From Ruditapes philippinarum (Eukaryota), in assembly GCF_026571515.1 (NCBI RefSeq), contig NW_026865396.1, positions 310,001 to 374,000 on the forward strand: a DNA stretch of 64,000 nucleotides. Reading direction: 5' to 3'. The translations under genes and the position numbers were made by a program. Shown piece after piece: positions 48,148 to 60,969 of this stretch (the stretch's first letter is position 1; every line of letters starts with the position of its first letter). The notes beneath the pieces were generated by a model that saw nothing but the letters and a program-made list of their open reading frames with translations, was not told where the DNA came from and did no database searches.

Positions 48148-51100
48148 CTGCAAGAAACATAAATTTTTAAGAATGAGTGTCTTACATGATTGAAATGAGC
48201 TATACCAGGTACAATTGATATGGAAAATATATTTCACTATGAATTATAGATTACCACAAATAGAAAATGAAAATAAAAATAAATTAAAATAAATTAAACA
48301 TCAACAAACAAATAATACATAATATAGAAATAATACAATGCAGAGCTTATATGTCGCGTTGATTGCTATATGATGGAGATCAAAGATTTTTTCTACCATG
48401 CGGTAATTCCATTGGTTTGCATTGTTCTATGAATTAAAACATAAATTGAATAGGCTGAATTTAATCATTAGCAAAACAATGATTGTCTATACATTAGAAC
48501 ACACAACAAAGTTCTTTTTCTAAAAATAGAACAATAAACAAAAACATCCACTAACCTATCAAAAAGTCCAGAGTATCTAAGAGCGTGAGAATACCAAAAA
48601 TCTTGCATGGAATTCTCGTGAAGCGCCATACAACCAAGAAATGGCGGCATTACCGGCGGCGCGCACGTGGCGTTCTAACGTAATCGCCTGTTCAAATCTG
48701 CCGCGACACTGTCATTTATCGGCATGTGATTGTAGTAACGTAAAGCAGCATTGATTCCGGTCTTACGTAACTCCTTTCGCCATTTTGCTCTTCTGTTTTG
48801 GAACCACACCTTTAACAATATTGAAAGAGAAATGCATTCATAAAAGCTATATTTTACTTTTCGGATCGGAATTGCAATAGGAGAGGTGAATCAATATCAA
48901 TATCGGAACTATTACAGCTACTGATTCTATGTTTCAGTTTAAACGTATTTTATTACCAATAAAGACGAGTTAGGTAAAATTATTCACCTTTGGTGTATTA
49001 TATATTGAAAGAAAGACCCCTAAACTTTCTTAAACCCCTTTTTATCAGTGTTTGACCCCTAGTGGATAGGACATTTCAATTTACTCTAATAAACTGCATG
49101 AAGCCAAAGTATAGTTAAAATTATTTTTGTCAGAATTACGTTACTTCATTTTTAAAACCTAAATTTCGTATAGAAATATCACTAATGTTTTTTTTTCCTC
49201 TGTACCCTGGCTTCACGAATGTTTTACTGTATTTGCTGCATTTAGCTTAAGAATTCTTTATATTTTGTATTTATTTTGTTTAGTACAATACCTTATTTTT
49301 AAGACAAATTTTGTAAAGAAATATCAATAATGTTTTTACCTGTACCCTTGGCCTCACAAATAGTGTACTGTATTAAGGTAAAATACTTTTATTACATTGT
49401 TTAGTACAATAATATATGTTTAAAGCTAAATTATCAAAGAAGTAAATTTACCTGTACCCTGGCCTCACACAGGTTAATTTTTGCTGCTAACTCCTCCCTC
49501 ACAAATATGTCAGGATAATATATCCGCGCAAATAATTCTTCTAGTGCTGAAAGCTGGCATGGTGTAAATGACGTCCTCTGACGTCGCTGAAATAAACAAA
49601 ATTATTTAGATATTATTTTGTTTCTATCAGCTTCAAAGAAAAGTAGATTTTTGTCAAACAGAAAACATGCTATTTTCTTATACACTTCGAAATGAAATAT
49701 TGAGAAATATGATGAAATTAAATGCGTATTTTTGTTTTCCGTATTTTTACTATAAAAAATTATTTTTCACTGAAGTGAAACATATTTTCCGTATTTTCAC
49801 TGGTGTCTTGCCGGACTACTTTCTTCTAAATTAAGTCAATATTCAAAATTTAAGTACAAGTCTTTCAAATTGTTGAATCAAAAACAGAGAAAAAATGTAT
49901 ATAATAAACAGAAAATTCAAGTTTTTTTTTCTTGTGGAATGAAAATTATCATATTTCACTCGTGGCTATTGCCACTCATGAAGTATTTATTTTCATATCA
50001 CTTGATGAAAATAAATCCCGTATTTATAAAAAATAAACTTGAATACCTTCCAAAACTAATTCAAGGAAATAATATGACAATGTAATAATGATAAAAAAGA
50101 AAAAGAAACTAACTCGTCATTTCAAAAGGATTTATTTTTGTTTTGTTTTATTTTGCAGTATATCTTTAAATGAAATTGGTTTTGTGATTTTCTTTCTAAT
50201 TTATATATTTGCAGCTGTTTGTTCTCCTTGTGAAACAAGCTTACAAATTTTTTTCTAGAATGTCAATAGTTGAACTTTTTCATGTCTTTTAACTAACACA
50301 GAATTATTGTACTTGCAATTTCTGTATGTTACGAAATACTGTACCGATATTCGGTACATGTCTGTGAAGTACGCGGGCTAACGGGCTAGCAGTCTAGCGG
50401 GCTAACAGTATGAACTGAGCGGGCTAGCAGTCTAGCGGGCTAACAGTGTGAACTGGGCGGGCTAGCAGTATAGCGGGCTAACAGTGTGAACTGGGCGGGC
50501 TGGCGGGCCAGCGGGCTAAAATCTAAAACTTTATTATTGAACATAAAAATGTTATGATACATTACCTGACAGTGTGAAGTGGGCGGCTAACAGTGTAGCG
50601 GGCTAGCAGTGTGAACTGGGCGGGGCTGGCGGGCCAGCGGGATAAAATCTAAAACTTATTGATTGAACATGAAAACGTTATGATACATTACCTGGCAGTG
50701 TGAAGTGGGCGGGCTAGCAGTGTAGCGGGCTAGCAGTGTGAACTTGGCGGGCTGGCGGGCCAGCGGGCTAAAATCTAAAACTTTATTGATTGAACATTAA
50801 AAGCTCACGATACATTTCCTAGCAGTGTGAATTGGACCGGCTGACAGTGTAGCGGGCTAGCAGTGTGAACTGGGCGGGCTGGCGGGCCAACGGGCTAAAA
50901 TCTAAAACTTTATTGATTGATCATAAAAACATTATGATACATTACCTGGTAGTGTGAAGTGAGCGGGCTAACAGTGTAGCGGGCTAGCACTGTGAACTGG
51001 GCGGGCTGGCGGGCCAGCGGCTAAAATTTAAAAACTTTATTGATTCAACATTAAACTCATGATACATTTCCTAGCAGTGTGAATTGGACGGGCTGACAGT

Positions 51101-54100
51101 GTAGCGGGATAGCAGTGTGAACTGGGCGGGCTGGCGGGCCAGCGGGCTAAAATCTTAAACTTTATTGATTCAACATGAAAACGTTATGATACATTACCTG
51201 GCAGTGTGAAGTGGCGGGCTAACTGTGTAGCGGGCTAGCAGTGTGAACTTGGCGGCTGGCGGCCAGCGGGCTAAAATCTAAAACTTTATTGATTGAACAT
51301 TAAAACCTCATGATACATTTCCTAGCAGTGTGAATTGGACGGGCTGACAGTGTAGCGGGCTAGCAGTGTGAACTGGGCGGCTGGCGGACCAACGGGCTAA
51401 AAAGTAAAACTTTATTGATTGAACATAAAAATGTTATGATACATTACCTGGCAGTGTGAAGTGGGCGGCTAACAGTGTACGGGATAGCAGTGTGAACTGG
51501 GCGGGCTGGCGGGCCAGCGGGCTAAAATCTAAAAACTTTATTGATTCACATAAAAATGTTATGATACATTACTGGCAGTGTGAAGTGGGCAGGTTAACAG
51601 TGTAGCGCGGCTAGCAGTGTGAACTGGGCGGGCTGGCGGGCCAGCGGGCTAAAATCTAAAACTTTATTGATTGAACATGAAAACGTTATGATACATTACC
51701 TGGCAGTGTGAAGTGGGCGGGCTAGCAGTGTGAACTTGGCGGCCAGCGGGATAAAATCTAAAACTTATTGATTGAACATTAAAACCTCATGATACATTTC
51801 CTAGCAGTATGAATTGGACGGGCTGACAGTGTAGCGGCTAGCAGTGTGAACTGGGCGGGCTGGCGACCAACGGGCTAAAATCTTAAAACTTTATTGATTG
51901 AACATAAAAAACATTATGATACATTACCCTGGCAGTGTGAAGTGAGCGGGCTACCAGTGTAGCGGGCTAGCAGTGTGAACTGGGCCGGCTGGCTGGCCAG
52001 CGGGCTAAAATCTAAAACTTTATTGATTCAACATTAAAACCTCATGATACATTTCCTAGCAGTGTGAATTGGACGGGATGACAGTGTAGCGTGCTAGCAG
52101 TGTGAACTGGGCGGGCTGGCGGGCCAGCGGGCTAAAATCTAAAACTTTATTTATTCAACATTAAAAACCTCATGATACATTTCCTACCAGTGTGAATTGG
52201 ACGGGCTGACAGTGTAGCGGGCTAGCAGTGTGAACTGGGCGGACTGGCGGGCCAGCGGGCTAAAATCTAAAACTTTATTGATTGAACATTAAAACCTCAT
52301 GATACATTTCCTAGCAGTGTGAATTGGACGGGCTGACAGTGTAGCGGGCTAGCAGTGTGAACATGACGGGCTAACAGTGTAGCGGGCTAGCAGTGTGAAC
52401 TGGCGGCTTTCGGCCAGCGGGCTAAAATCTAAAACTTTATTGATTCAACATAAAACCTCATGATACATTTCCTAGCATGTGAATTGGACGGGGCCTGACA
52501 AGTGTAGCGGGCTAACAGTGTGAACTGGGCGGGGCTGGCGGGCCAGCGGCTAAATCTAAACTTTATTGATTTAACATTAAAACCTCATGGTATATTACCT
52601 TGCAGTGTGAAGTGGGCGGGCTAACAGTGTAAAGGGCTAGCAGTGTGATCTGGGCGGCTGGCGGGCCAACGGGCTAAAATCAAAACTTTATTGATTGAAC
52701 ATACAAACGTTATGATACATTACCTGGCAGTTTGAAAGTGGGCGGGCTAACAGTGTAGCGGACTAGCAGTGTGAACTGGGCAAAGCTGGCGGGACAGCGG
52801 GCTTAACTTTAATACTTAATTGTATCAACATAAAAACCTCATGATATATATTTCTTAGAATGTGACACCAATAGACAGTGAAAGGGAGGCTGGCGTTTCA
52901 TGATCATTAACTGAAGTTTGCGTTTTTTCATCATGGCAAAGAAACAAGCACAAGTTATGACTTACAAAAGGACTCTAGTGCAGGGCAGAGATTGTTCTGC
53001 GGGTCATCCTGTCAAATATTCCGTATTTAAAATTTAAACCATGGCTCAACCAACACAGGGGATGGTATGGAACTGGCATCTTTTGTTTAATAGCAAATCT
53101 AGACATTTTAAAACTCCCTCCCGGCAGCTGAAACAAACTACAGAGCAGTAAAACTTAATTTAAGTGCTTGACCGAGTATACTCAGCCTTTTGCGAACATC
53201 GGTAGACATAAAACTTAATTAAGTGCTTTGACGAGTATACTCAGCCTTTGCGAACATCGTAGATCACAATCAGTCGGTGCGCATTCGCGCCGTCTGCCAA
53301 GAATCTACACTGTTACTGCCCAACCACTGAGTATGATTCTAGTGTCCAAGCACCGAACATGTGGAACCTGATCAACCGGCTCTTGTTGGCGCCTATTGAT
53401 ATAACTCGAGAACGGTGACCCAAATTCTTTTTGTTTAAAATGTTTCTGTTATCATATTTTAACAAAATGCCAAGTTTAAAGAAATTCTATTGAACAGTTT
53501 AATTTTGCCTATATGCCTATATGAAAATCCCGAAAACTCATTAAGGGTTAAAAATAAAATATCAACCATAAGAGTTTTTGTCGTCTTTTTAATTAAAAAG
53601 TTTCTGCGACGATAGCAACAGTTTTGCTTCTCTGTGATCAAAATTCTGATTTTCATTTTTTCAATACGGGCGTTGACAAGAAAATACAAGAAATGCGGGT
53701 TTGTTATCGTATTATATTTTCAATTTGATAGAATTATGCTGCGCTTCGCGTGGCTTGCAATAAGTTCCATAAAATTTAAAAAAATAAACAATAACCTATT
53801 ACTTATAACAATCTCAAATATTATGCAAAAGTTATTTTTCAAAAAAATTAAGAAATGTCAAGGAACAGTAATATATATATAAAGGTTAATAAACCTTTCG
53901 AAAATTTCGAAATTTTTTCACGAGCTTATGCATTCTTACTGACAACATGCAACATAAAAATATTTCTGAATACATACACAATGCCAAAAGTTTATGATAC
54001 AATACATTAGTTTCAAACGAATGAACAAACATGAAAATCAATACATGATAAAACGTTAGATGAAATTTTTCAAAAATATAGACCACAAAATGAATTATCA

Positions 54101-57100
54101 TAGTTTAATGCGACTATCTGTAGAAACATTGTGTTTATAAGTAATAAAACTATTAACTATAACAATTAGGTCATTATTAATTTTTTTTTCAATATATTAC
54201 TTATTACAATTATACGAACAACAAATAAGACAGACAGAAATCACTTTAAATTTTATAAATACGACCACGGATTTATATATATATAAAATCCGTGATACGA
54301 CATAATAATTATATGTTTGTTAAAATGTACATTACATAATGTACATGTATATATTTTAACTATGATGCATAGCTTTATACATACTTGAAAAAATTATGAT
54401 TTTTCATACATCATATTTGACTACATTTTAAAATTTAACCAATATATAACACATAGAAGAAAATTCATTAAGGTACTAAAAAAAAATTATATCAACAGAA
54501 ATTGAGAAATATATCAATTGAAATTTTTATAATAAATATTTATCATTTGTAATATTGTCATCTTGAAAAACATCTTATCAAGTATTTCTCGACCTCGCCT
54601 ATAATATCACCAACGGCAATTTGACACCTTCATTGTTTTCCCTTATTTATCTAACTGGTCAGCAGTTTTCGATTATCCTTGTCAGCAGTTTCCTATACAT
54701 TCTATATCGTCAGCTATTTCGTCAGCAGTTTAGTATCGCCCACGGTCTCCGGTGCCTAACATGCACTGGCAAAACACGTCGAGTGTGGATACACCCTTTG
54801 GTTTCCCTACCCACCACAGCTCACCTCCTGATATTGTTAATTAACAAATGTACTATATAAACCGAATAGTCATTGACTGGTGATATATATTCAATCTGTT
54901 TAAAAGTAATAACATAATCCAATTTTCTGCTTTGAACGGACAAAGAAATAGAGAGAACTCTAGATAACTTCTCGTTGTCATGGCAACACCACATATCAAA
55001 ATTTTGTTTTAGTTTTGTTCATGGACAGTAGTGAAATGATAGTTGTTGGTTCATCCGAACATAATTATGAAAAAAAATGTGACAAATATACCGACAATGA
55101 AATATCTCTATCAACATACTGCTGTCATTGATTCCCAGTTTTGCGGCATTTTCAGCAATTTCTGAATCTATATCACTAGGATATAATCTGCCGTAAATCA
55201 GTAGGCCTAATGTTGAGATAAGATCCTAAAATTGTGGGATTTTTTACGAAATGCAACTCATTCCAAAAATGCAAACATCATTTTTGATCATCTGGACGGA
55301 TTGTTAACCTCTCCTCCATTTTGTACGATTCAGACCCCAGGTGCCATTTCGGACAACTTTCAGGCTCGGGCGGACACCAGTTCTTGTATAACCACCCACA
55401 TTCCGCAAGCTAGTTGGTTAACGTCCTTACATGAAAATACATGTAATTACTATGGTAGCCTCGAACTCAGAGCTGCAATAAGACATAGTGAGGAAACTCT
55501 GATGGTACATCTGTCGGTATAAGTATGCCGTCGCTTTGTGGTTTTTCACAATTTGACATTCGTAATATAGTGCAGGAAGTACAAGAAGATGGCCCATTTC
55601 AGAAGCATACCTGGATCTTTTATGTGTCAGGTGTAATGCACCGATACACGGACCTCGCTTTAAAGTCCCATCCGAAAGACTGTTGGTAATGTTAGGGAGG
55701 AGCGGGGGGTCGAACTCAAACCCTTGATTATATATACAAATGTATGTATATTAACCACCAGACCACAGATCCGCTCCTTAATAAATCGCCAGATTCCTAG
55801 ATGTCCTATGTTTATGGACAAGCTTCTGTCATTGCACGAAGTAAACACCTATGTATGTACCTCTGGTGCATCTCTGCTTCACACCAAGAGGTTCTACATT
55901 TGACTGCCTACTACTAAAATCTTTATGTTGCCAAGTTGTTTTTTTTCATGTTTCATTAAATCGTTTTTCTGTATACCATGCATATTAATATCAAAATACG
56001 GATTTAAAACCCATTTTAGTGTACTCTCAAGGATCGTGGTATATATATGAAACAATCATTGTTGCCTCCGCCCGATTCACACTGCAAACAATCCATCAAA
56101 AACGCTTTGTGTTAAAATAATTAGGTATGGAATTTAGACCACTAGACTTGCTAGCACATTTACAAACTGTTAGCTCACCGAGCTTATACAGCTAGGAAAT
56201 GTATAGGTAAGGTTTTTATGTTGATTCAATTAAGTTTTAAAGTTTAGCCCGCTGGCCCGACAGCCCGCCCAGTTCACACTGCTAGCCCGCCACACTGTTA
56301 GCCCGTCCAATTCACACTGCGAGGAAATGTATCATGAGGTTTTAATATTGAATCAATAAAGTTTTAGATTTGAGCCCGTTGGCCCGCCAGCCCGCCCAGT
56401 TCACACTGCTAGCCTGCTACACTGTCAGCCCGTCCAATTCACACTGCTAGGAAATGTATCATGAGGTTTTAATATTGAATCAATAAAGTTTTAGATTTTA
56501 GCCCGCTGGCCCGCCAGCCCGCCCAGTTCACACTGCCAGGTAATGTATCATAACGTTTTTATGTTCAATCAATAAAGTTTTAGATTTTAGCCCGTTGGCC
56601 CGCCAGCCCGCCAAGTTCACTCTGCTAGCCCTTTACACTGTTAGCCCGCCCACTTCACACTGCCAGGTAATGTATCATGAGGTTTTAATGTTGAATCAAT
56701 AAAGTTTTAGATTTTAGCCCGCTGGGTCGCCAGCCCGCCCAGTTCACACTGCTAGCCCGCTACACTGTTAGCCCGCCCACTTCACACTGCCAGGTAATGT
56801 ATCATAACATTTTTATGTTCAATCAATAAAGTTTTAGATTTTAACCCGTTGGCCCGCCAGCCCGCCCAGTTCACACTGCTAGCCCGCTACACTGTCAGCC
56901 CGTCCAATTCACACTGCTAGGAAATGTATCATGAGGTTTTAATGTTCAATCAATAAAGTTTTAGATTTTAGCCCGCCAGCCCGCCCAGTTCACACTGCTA
57001 GCCCGCTACACTGTCAGCCCGTCCAATTCACACTGCTAGGAAAATGTATCATGAGGTTTTAATGTTCAATCAATAAAGTTTTAGATTTTAGCCCGCCAGC

Positions 57101-60100
57101 CCGCCCAGTTCACACTGCTAGCCCGCTACACTGTCAGCCCGTCCAATTCACACTGCTAGGAAATGTATCATGAGGTTTTAATGTTGAATCAATAAAGTTT
57201 TAGATTTTAGACCGCTGGCCCGCCAGGCGCCAAGTTAACACTGCTAGCCCGCTACACTGCTAGCCCGTCCACTTCACACTGCCAGGTAATGTATCATAAC
57301 GTTTTCATGTTCAATCAATAAAGTTTTAGATTTTTAGCCCGCTGGCCGCCAGCCCGCCCAGTTCACACTGCTAACCCGCTACACTGTCAGCCCGTCCAAT
57401 TCACACTGCTAAGAAATGTATCATGAGGTTTTAATGTTCAATCAATAAAGTTTTAGATTTTAGCCCGCTGGCCCGCCAGCCCGCCCAGTTCACACTGCTA
57501 GCCCGCTACACTGTTAGCCCGCTCACTTCACACTGCCAGGTAATGTATCATAACGTGTTTATGATCAATCAATAAAGTTTAAGATTTTAGCCCGTTGCCC
57601 CGCCAGCCCGCCCAGTTCACACTGCTAGCCCGCTACACTGTCAGCCCGTCCAATTCACACTGCTAGGAAATGTTTCATTAGGTTTTAATGTTCAATCAAT
57701 AAAGTTTTAGATTTTATCCCGCTGGCCCGCCAGCCCGCCCAGTTCACACTGCTATCCCGCTAAACTGTTAGCCCGCCCACTTAACACAGCTAGGAAATGT
57801 ATCATAAAGTATTCATGTTCATTCAGTAAAGTTTTAAAGTTTAGCCCGCTGGCCCACCAGCCCGCCCAGTTCACACTGATATCCCGCTACGCTGTTGGCT
57901 CGCCCACTTAACACTTCCAGGTAATGTATCATAACGTTTTCATGTTGAATCAAATAAAGTTTTAGATTTTAGCCTGCTGGCCGCCAGCCCGCCCAGTTCA
58001 CACTGCTAGCCCGCTACACTTTTAGCCCGCCCACTTCACACTGCCAGGTACTGTATCATAACATTTTTATGTTCAATAAATAAAGTTTTAGATTTTAGCC
58101 TGCTGGCCCGCCAGCCCGCCCAGTTCACACTGTTAGCCCGCTATACTGCTAGCCCGCCCAGTTCACACTGTTAGCCCGCTAGACTGCTTGCCCGCCCAGT
58201 TCACACTATTAGCCCGCTAGACTGCTAGCCCGCTCAGTTCATACTGTTAGCCCGCTAGACTGCTAGCCCGTTAGCCCGCGTACTTCACGGACATCCGATA
58301 TTGTACCTATTTTCTTCTTCTAAATAAAAATTATTGCAAAACTTAATTTATTATAAGATCAGGTTAAGCGAATTTGCAAAAATATTTTGTTGCAAAAAAA
58401 CCTAAACATTAAATGGTTAATTCATTGAAAAATAAGTAATATGGTATCCAGCTATTGTGAATGTTACATATTCACTCTCGAGTGAAACTAGGAGCCTGAA
58501 AATACACACAGTTGGTTACCAACGGTAGTATTAGGTTGCAAAAAATACATTTGTAAATTGATAAATAAATAAATAAATAAATAAAATTAAATTGTTAATT
58601 ANNNNNNNNNNNNNNNNNNNNNNNNNNNNNNNNNNNNNNNNNNNNNNNNNNNNNNNNNNNNNNNNNNNNNNNNNNNNNNNNNNNNNNNNNNNNNNNNNNN
58701 NNNNNNNNNNNNNNNNNNNNNNNNNNNNNNNNNNNNNNNNNNNNNNNNNNNNNNNNNNNNNNNNNNNNNNNNNNNNNNNNNNNNNNNNNNNNNNNNNNNN
58801 NNNNNNNNNNNNNNNNNNNNNNNNNNNNNNNNNNNNNNNNNNNNNNNNNTTTAATACTCTTAACGTTATGTTACATACACTTCAAGTGTTTAGTAGACAA
58901 AAAATTTTAGAAAAAAAATCTTACGTATAAATTACGAAAGTCAAATGAAATTTTTATTCTTCCGTGCGAAAATTAAAATCATGGATGTTTATTTTTTTGT
59001 TTCTTTATTTTTATACCAATATGTACTATCAGAGCTTAAAATCAGACAAAAATAAAAGAAGTCAACTACATTTTCAAAATCAGGTACTTTATTAAGTATA
59101 CCACCAAATGAAAAAGTCGTTTGTAAGTACATCAAAGTGAATTGGTCTACAAAAGGCACCTTTTCAACTTTCATAAGTTGGATATTCTTGTAAAATATTT
59201 TTGTCGAAACAAAACACAAGAACAACAGTTACAATGCAAATTATATATATTGAATCATTTTACAAATACAAAACAAATGTATACGTTAAAGATAATAATA
59301 CTTTTGTTATTTTCATTTTTAATAGATTTAATTTAACACAAACATTCTTCATCCAAAATATTAAACATTATACTTGAATAACAATTTGAAAGAGAGACAA
59401 TTTTACAAATATCGTTACAGAGCCGTTATTTTATTTGAAAAAAGCGACTAAGATTGACAAAAAAAATGGTCTAGTTTTTGTAAATAAATGAATAAAATGA
59501 ATTTATTTGTGTTCAAACATCTGATCAAATCGAACAGAAATCAGTCGTCTTACACCCCATGATCGCACTAAATGGAGGCATTAGGTAGAATGCGACACTT
59601 TGCGGACTATCGAGAAGCATCTTGAAAATTGGCATTGCGTGTAAAAGGTTGACCATATTTCAGATTAGATTTTTTTGTTATTTAGATATTGGCGCCTATT
59701 GATATCGATGCAACTTTGCAGGAAAGCAGATTCTTCTAGAATAAAATAAGTCATCTTATTTTCATCTTGTTCCAGTTATAGGGTCACGTCCATGTCGCCC
59801 GACCTCTAAACACGGCGGTCGGCATTGTTTTTGACACAGTCAGGAAACCGTCATATAATATAATAATAATATCTTTATTTAAAGATAACTATGGAGAAAA
59901 TATTGATATTTGAAAATATTGATAATTCTACACAGTCTCTTTATAAATATAAAATAAACATGTTTTGACTTCAAAGTAAATATATATGTTTTAAAATCTA
60001 CACATTATAGGTGGTCACACTATGAATATTATCGTCATTAAAAAAACTGGCTTTTTTAAAAGAAAAGATCAACTTTTCTTGACATGTAATAGGGAAAGCA

Positions 60101-60938
60101 GCCTCCCATACATAGTTTATATATTCTTTTATTCAAATAAGACATATTCAGGAAGTATTTCATATATATTTCAATAAATTTCTGTGATAAGAAATATTTT
60201 ACTAAAGGATGAGCATAGTATATCTTTAAAGAAAGTAACGCGGAACACCATAGTAAAAACATACAACATATTTAAATTTTAAATGTGTCTTTCTAAACAA
60301 TATAAAAATACACACCAAAAACAACATCATCTAACTATAACAACTGTTCTATTTGTCAGTTAAGATTTGGTCCTATAACACACATAATTTAATTGTTTTG
60401 ACAAACACTCCCTCTCTATACCAAAATAGCATTCATACAATTTTCTTTTACGCATATTTAACAAATAAACATTATATGAAAACTTTACAATAAGGAAACC
60501 ATCATATTTTATGAAAACTTCATATTCTTATTTCGAAAAATGGAATGCGCTTTGCAAACAGGAAATGTATACACGTGAAGAATAAGTAAAGATTTCTGTT
60601 GGTTTACTCAAAGCGTGAATTGTGTTTTAAATAATGTATAAGTCGTAATTAGAACAGACTTGTATTTCAAGAAGTAAAAGGCTATGCTAAGTTATTTTTT
60701 ATGACACATCATCGATTCGAACGTATTCATGGCGGTTGTTGTGAATGCAAATCTACCGTCCGCGCCGCCTAGCACCGCCTAAAGCAGAATTCATCATTTA
60801 AATATGGAATGGTGACAATCTGAATTAAGACACATCAGCAGATTTGTCTCACGTAAAATAATACGTGTGCCCTAAAAAAGAAACAAAGAGCGAGCAGAAA
60901 TAAACCGGAATTATTAAAAGGTTATGAAGTCAGCAAAA

Positions 60939-60969
<31 letters not shown>

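Larger units (their letters stand above)
50358..58294. mobile_element. Foldback-type element (~7.9 kb) with tandem-repeat-built terminal inverted repeats
   Basis: Left end ATGTCTGTGAAGTACGCGGGCTAACGGGCTAGC is the reverse complement (1 mismatch) of the right end. Arms 50358-52860 and 56190-58294; loop ~3.3 kb; CCGATATT at 50344-50351 and 58295-58302. Confidence 0.85.

Noticed and set aside
53149-53263. 60-bp tandem duplication in the foldback loop
   Set aside because: Copies differ essentially by single-base indels next to an indel-rich arm; may be a long-read consensus artefact.
52861-56189. Transposase within the foldback loop
   Set aside because: Only short ORFs and SINE/MITE debris; no DDE, THAP or zinc-finger motif recognised.
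50358-58294. CRISPR-like array
   Set aside because: Units repeat end to end with no unique spacers, there are no cas genes, and the context is eukaryotic; it is tandem-repeat TIR sequence.
58592-58930. 112-aa ORF
   Set aside because: Artefact of translating the N gap.
59554-59655. Candidate homeobox upstream exon ([11 protein letters not shown]..., GTAAG donor)
   Set aside because: Ends in phase 1, incompatible with the phase-0 homeodomain exon; 61005-61108 fits better.
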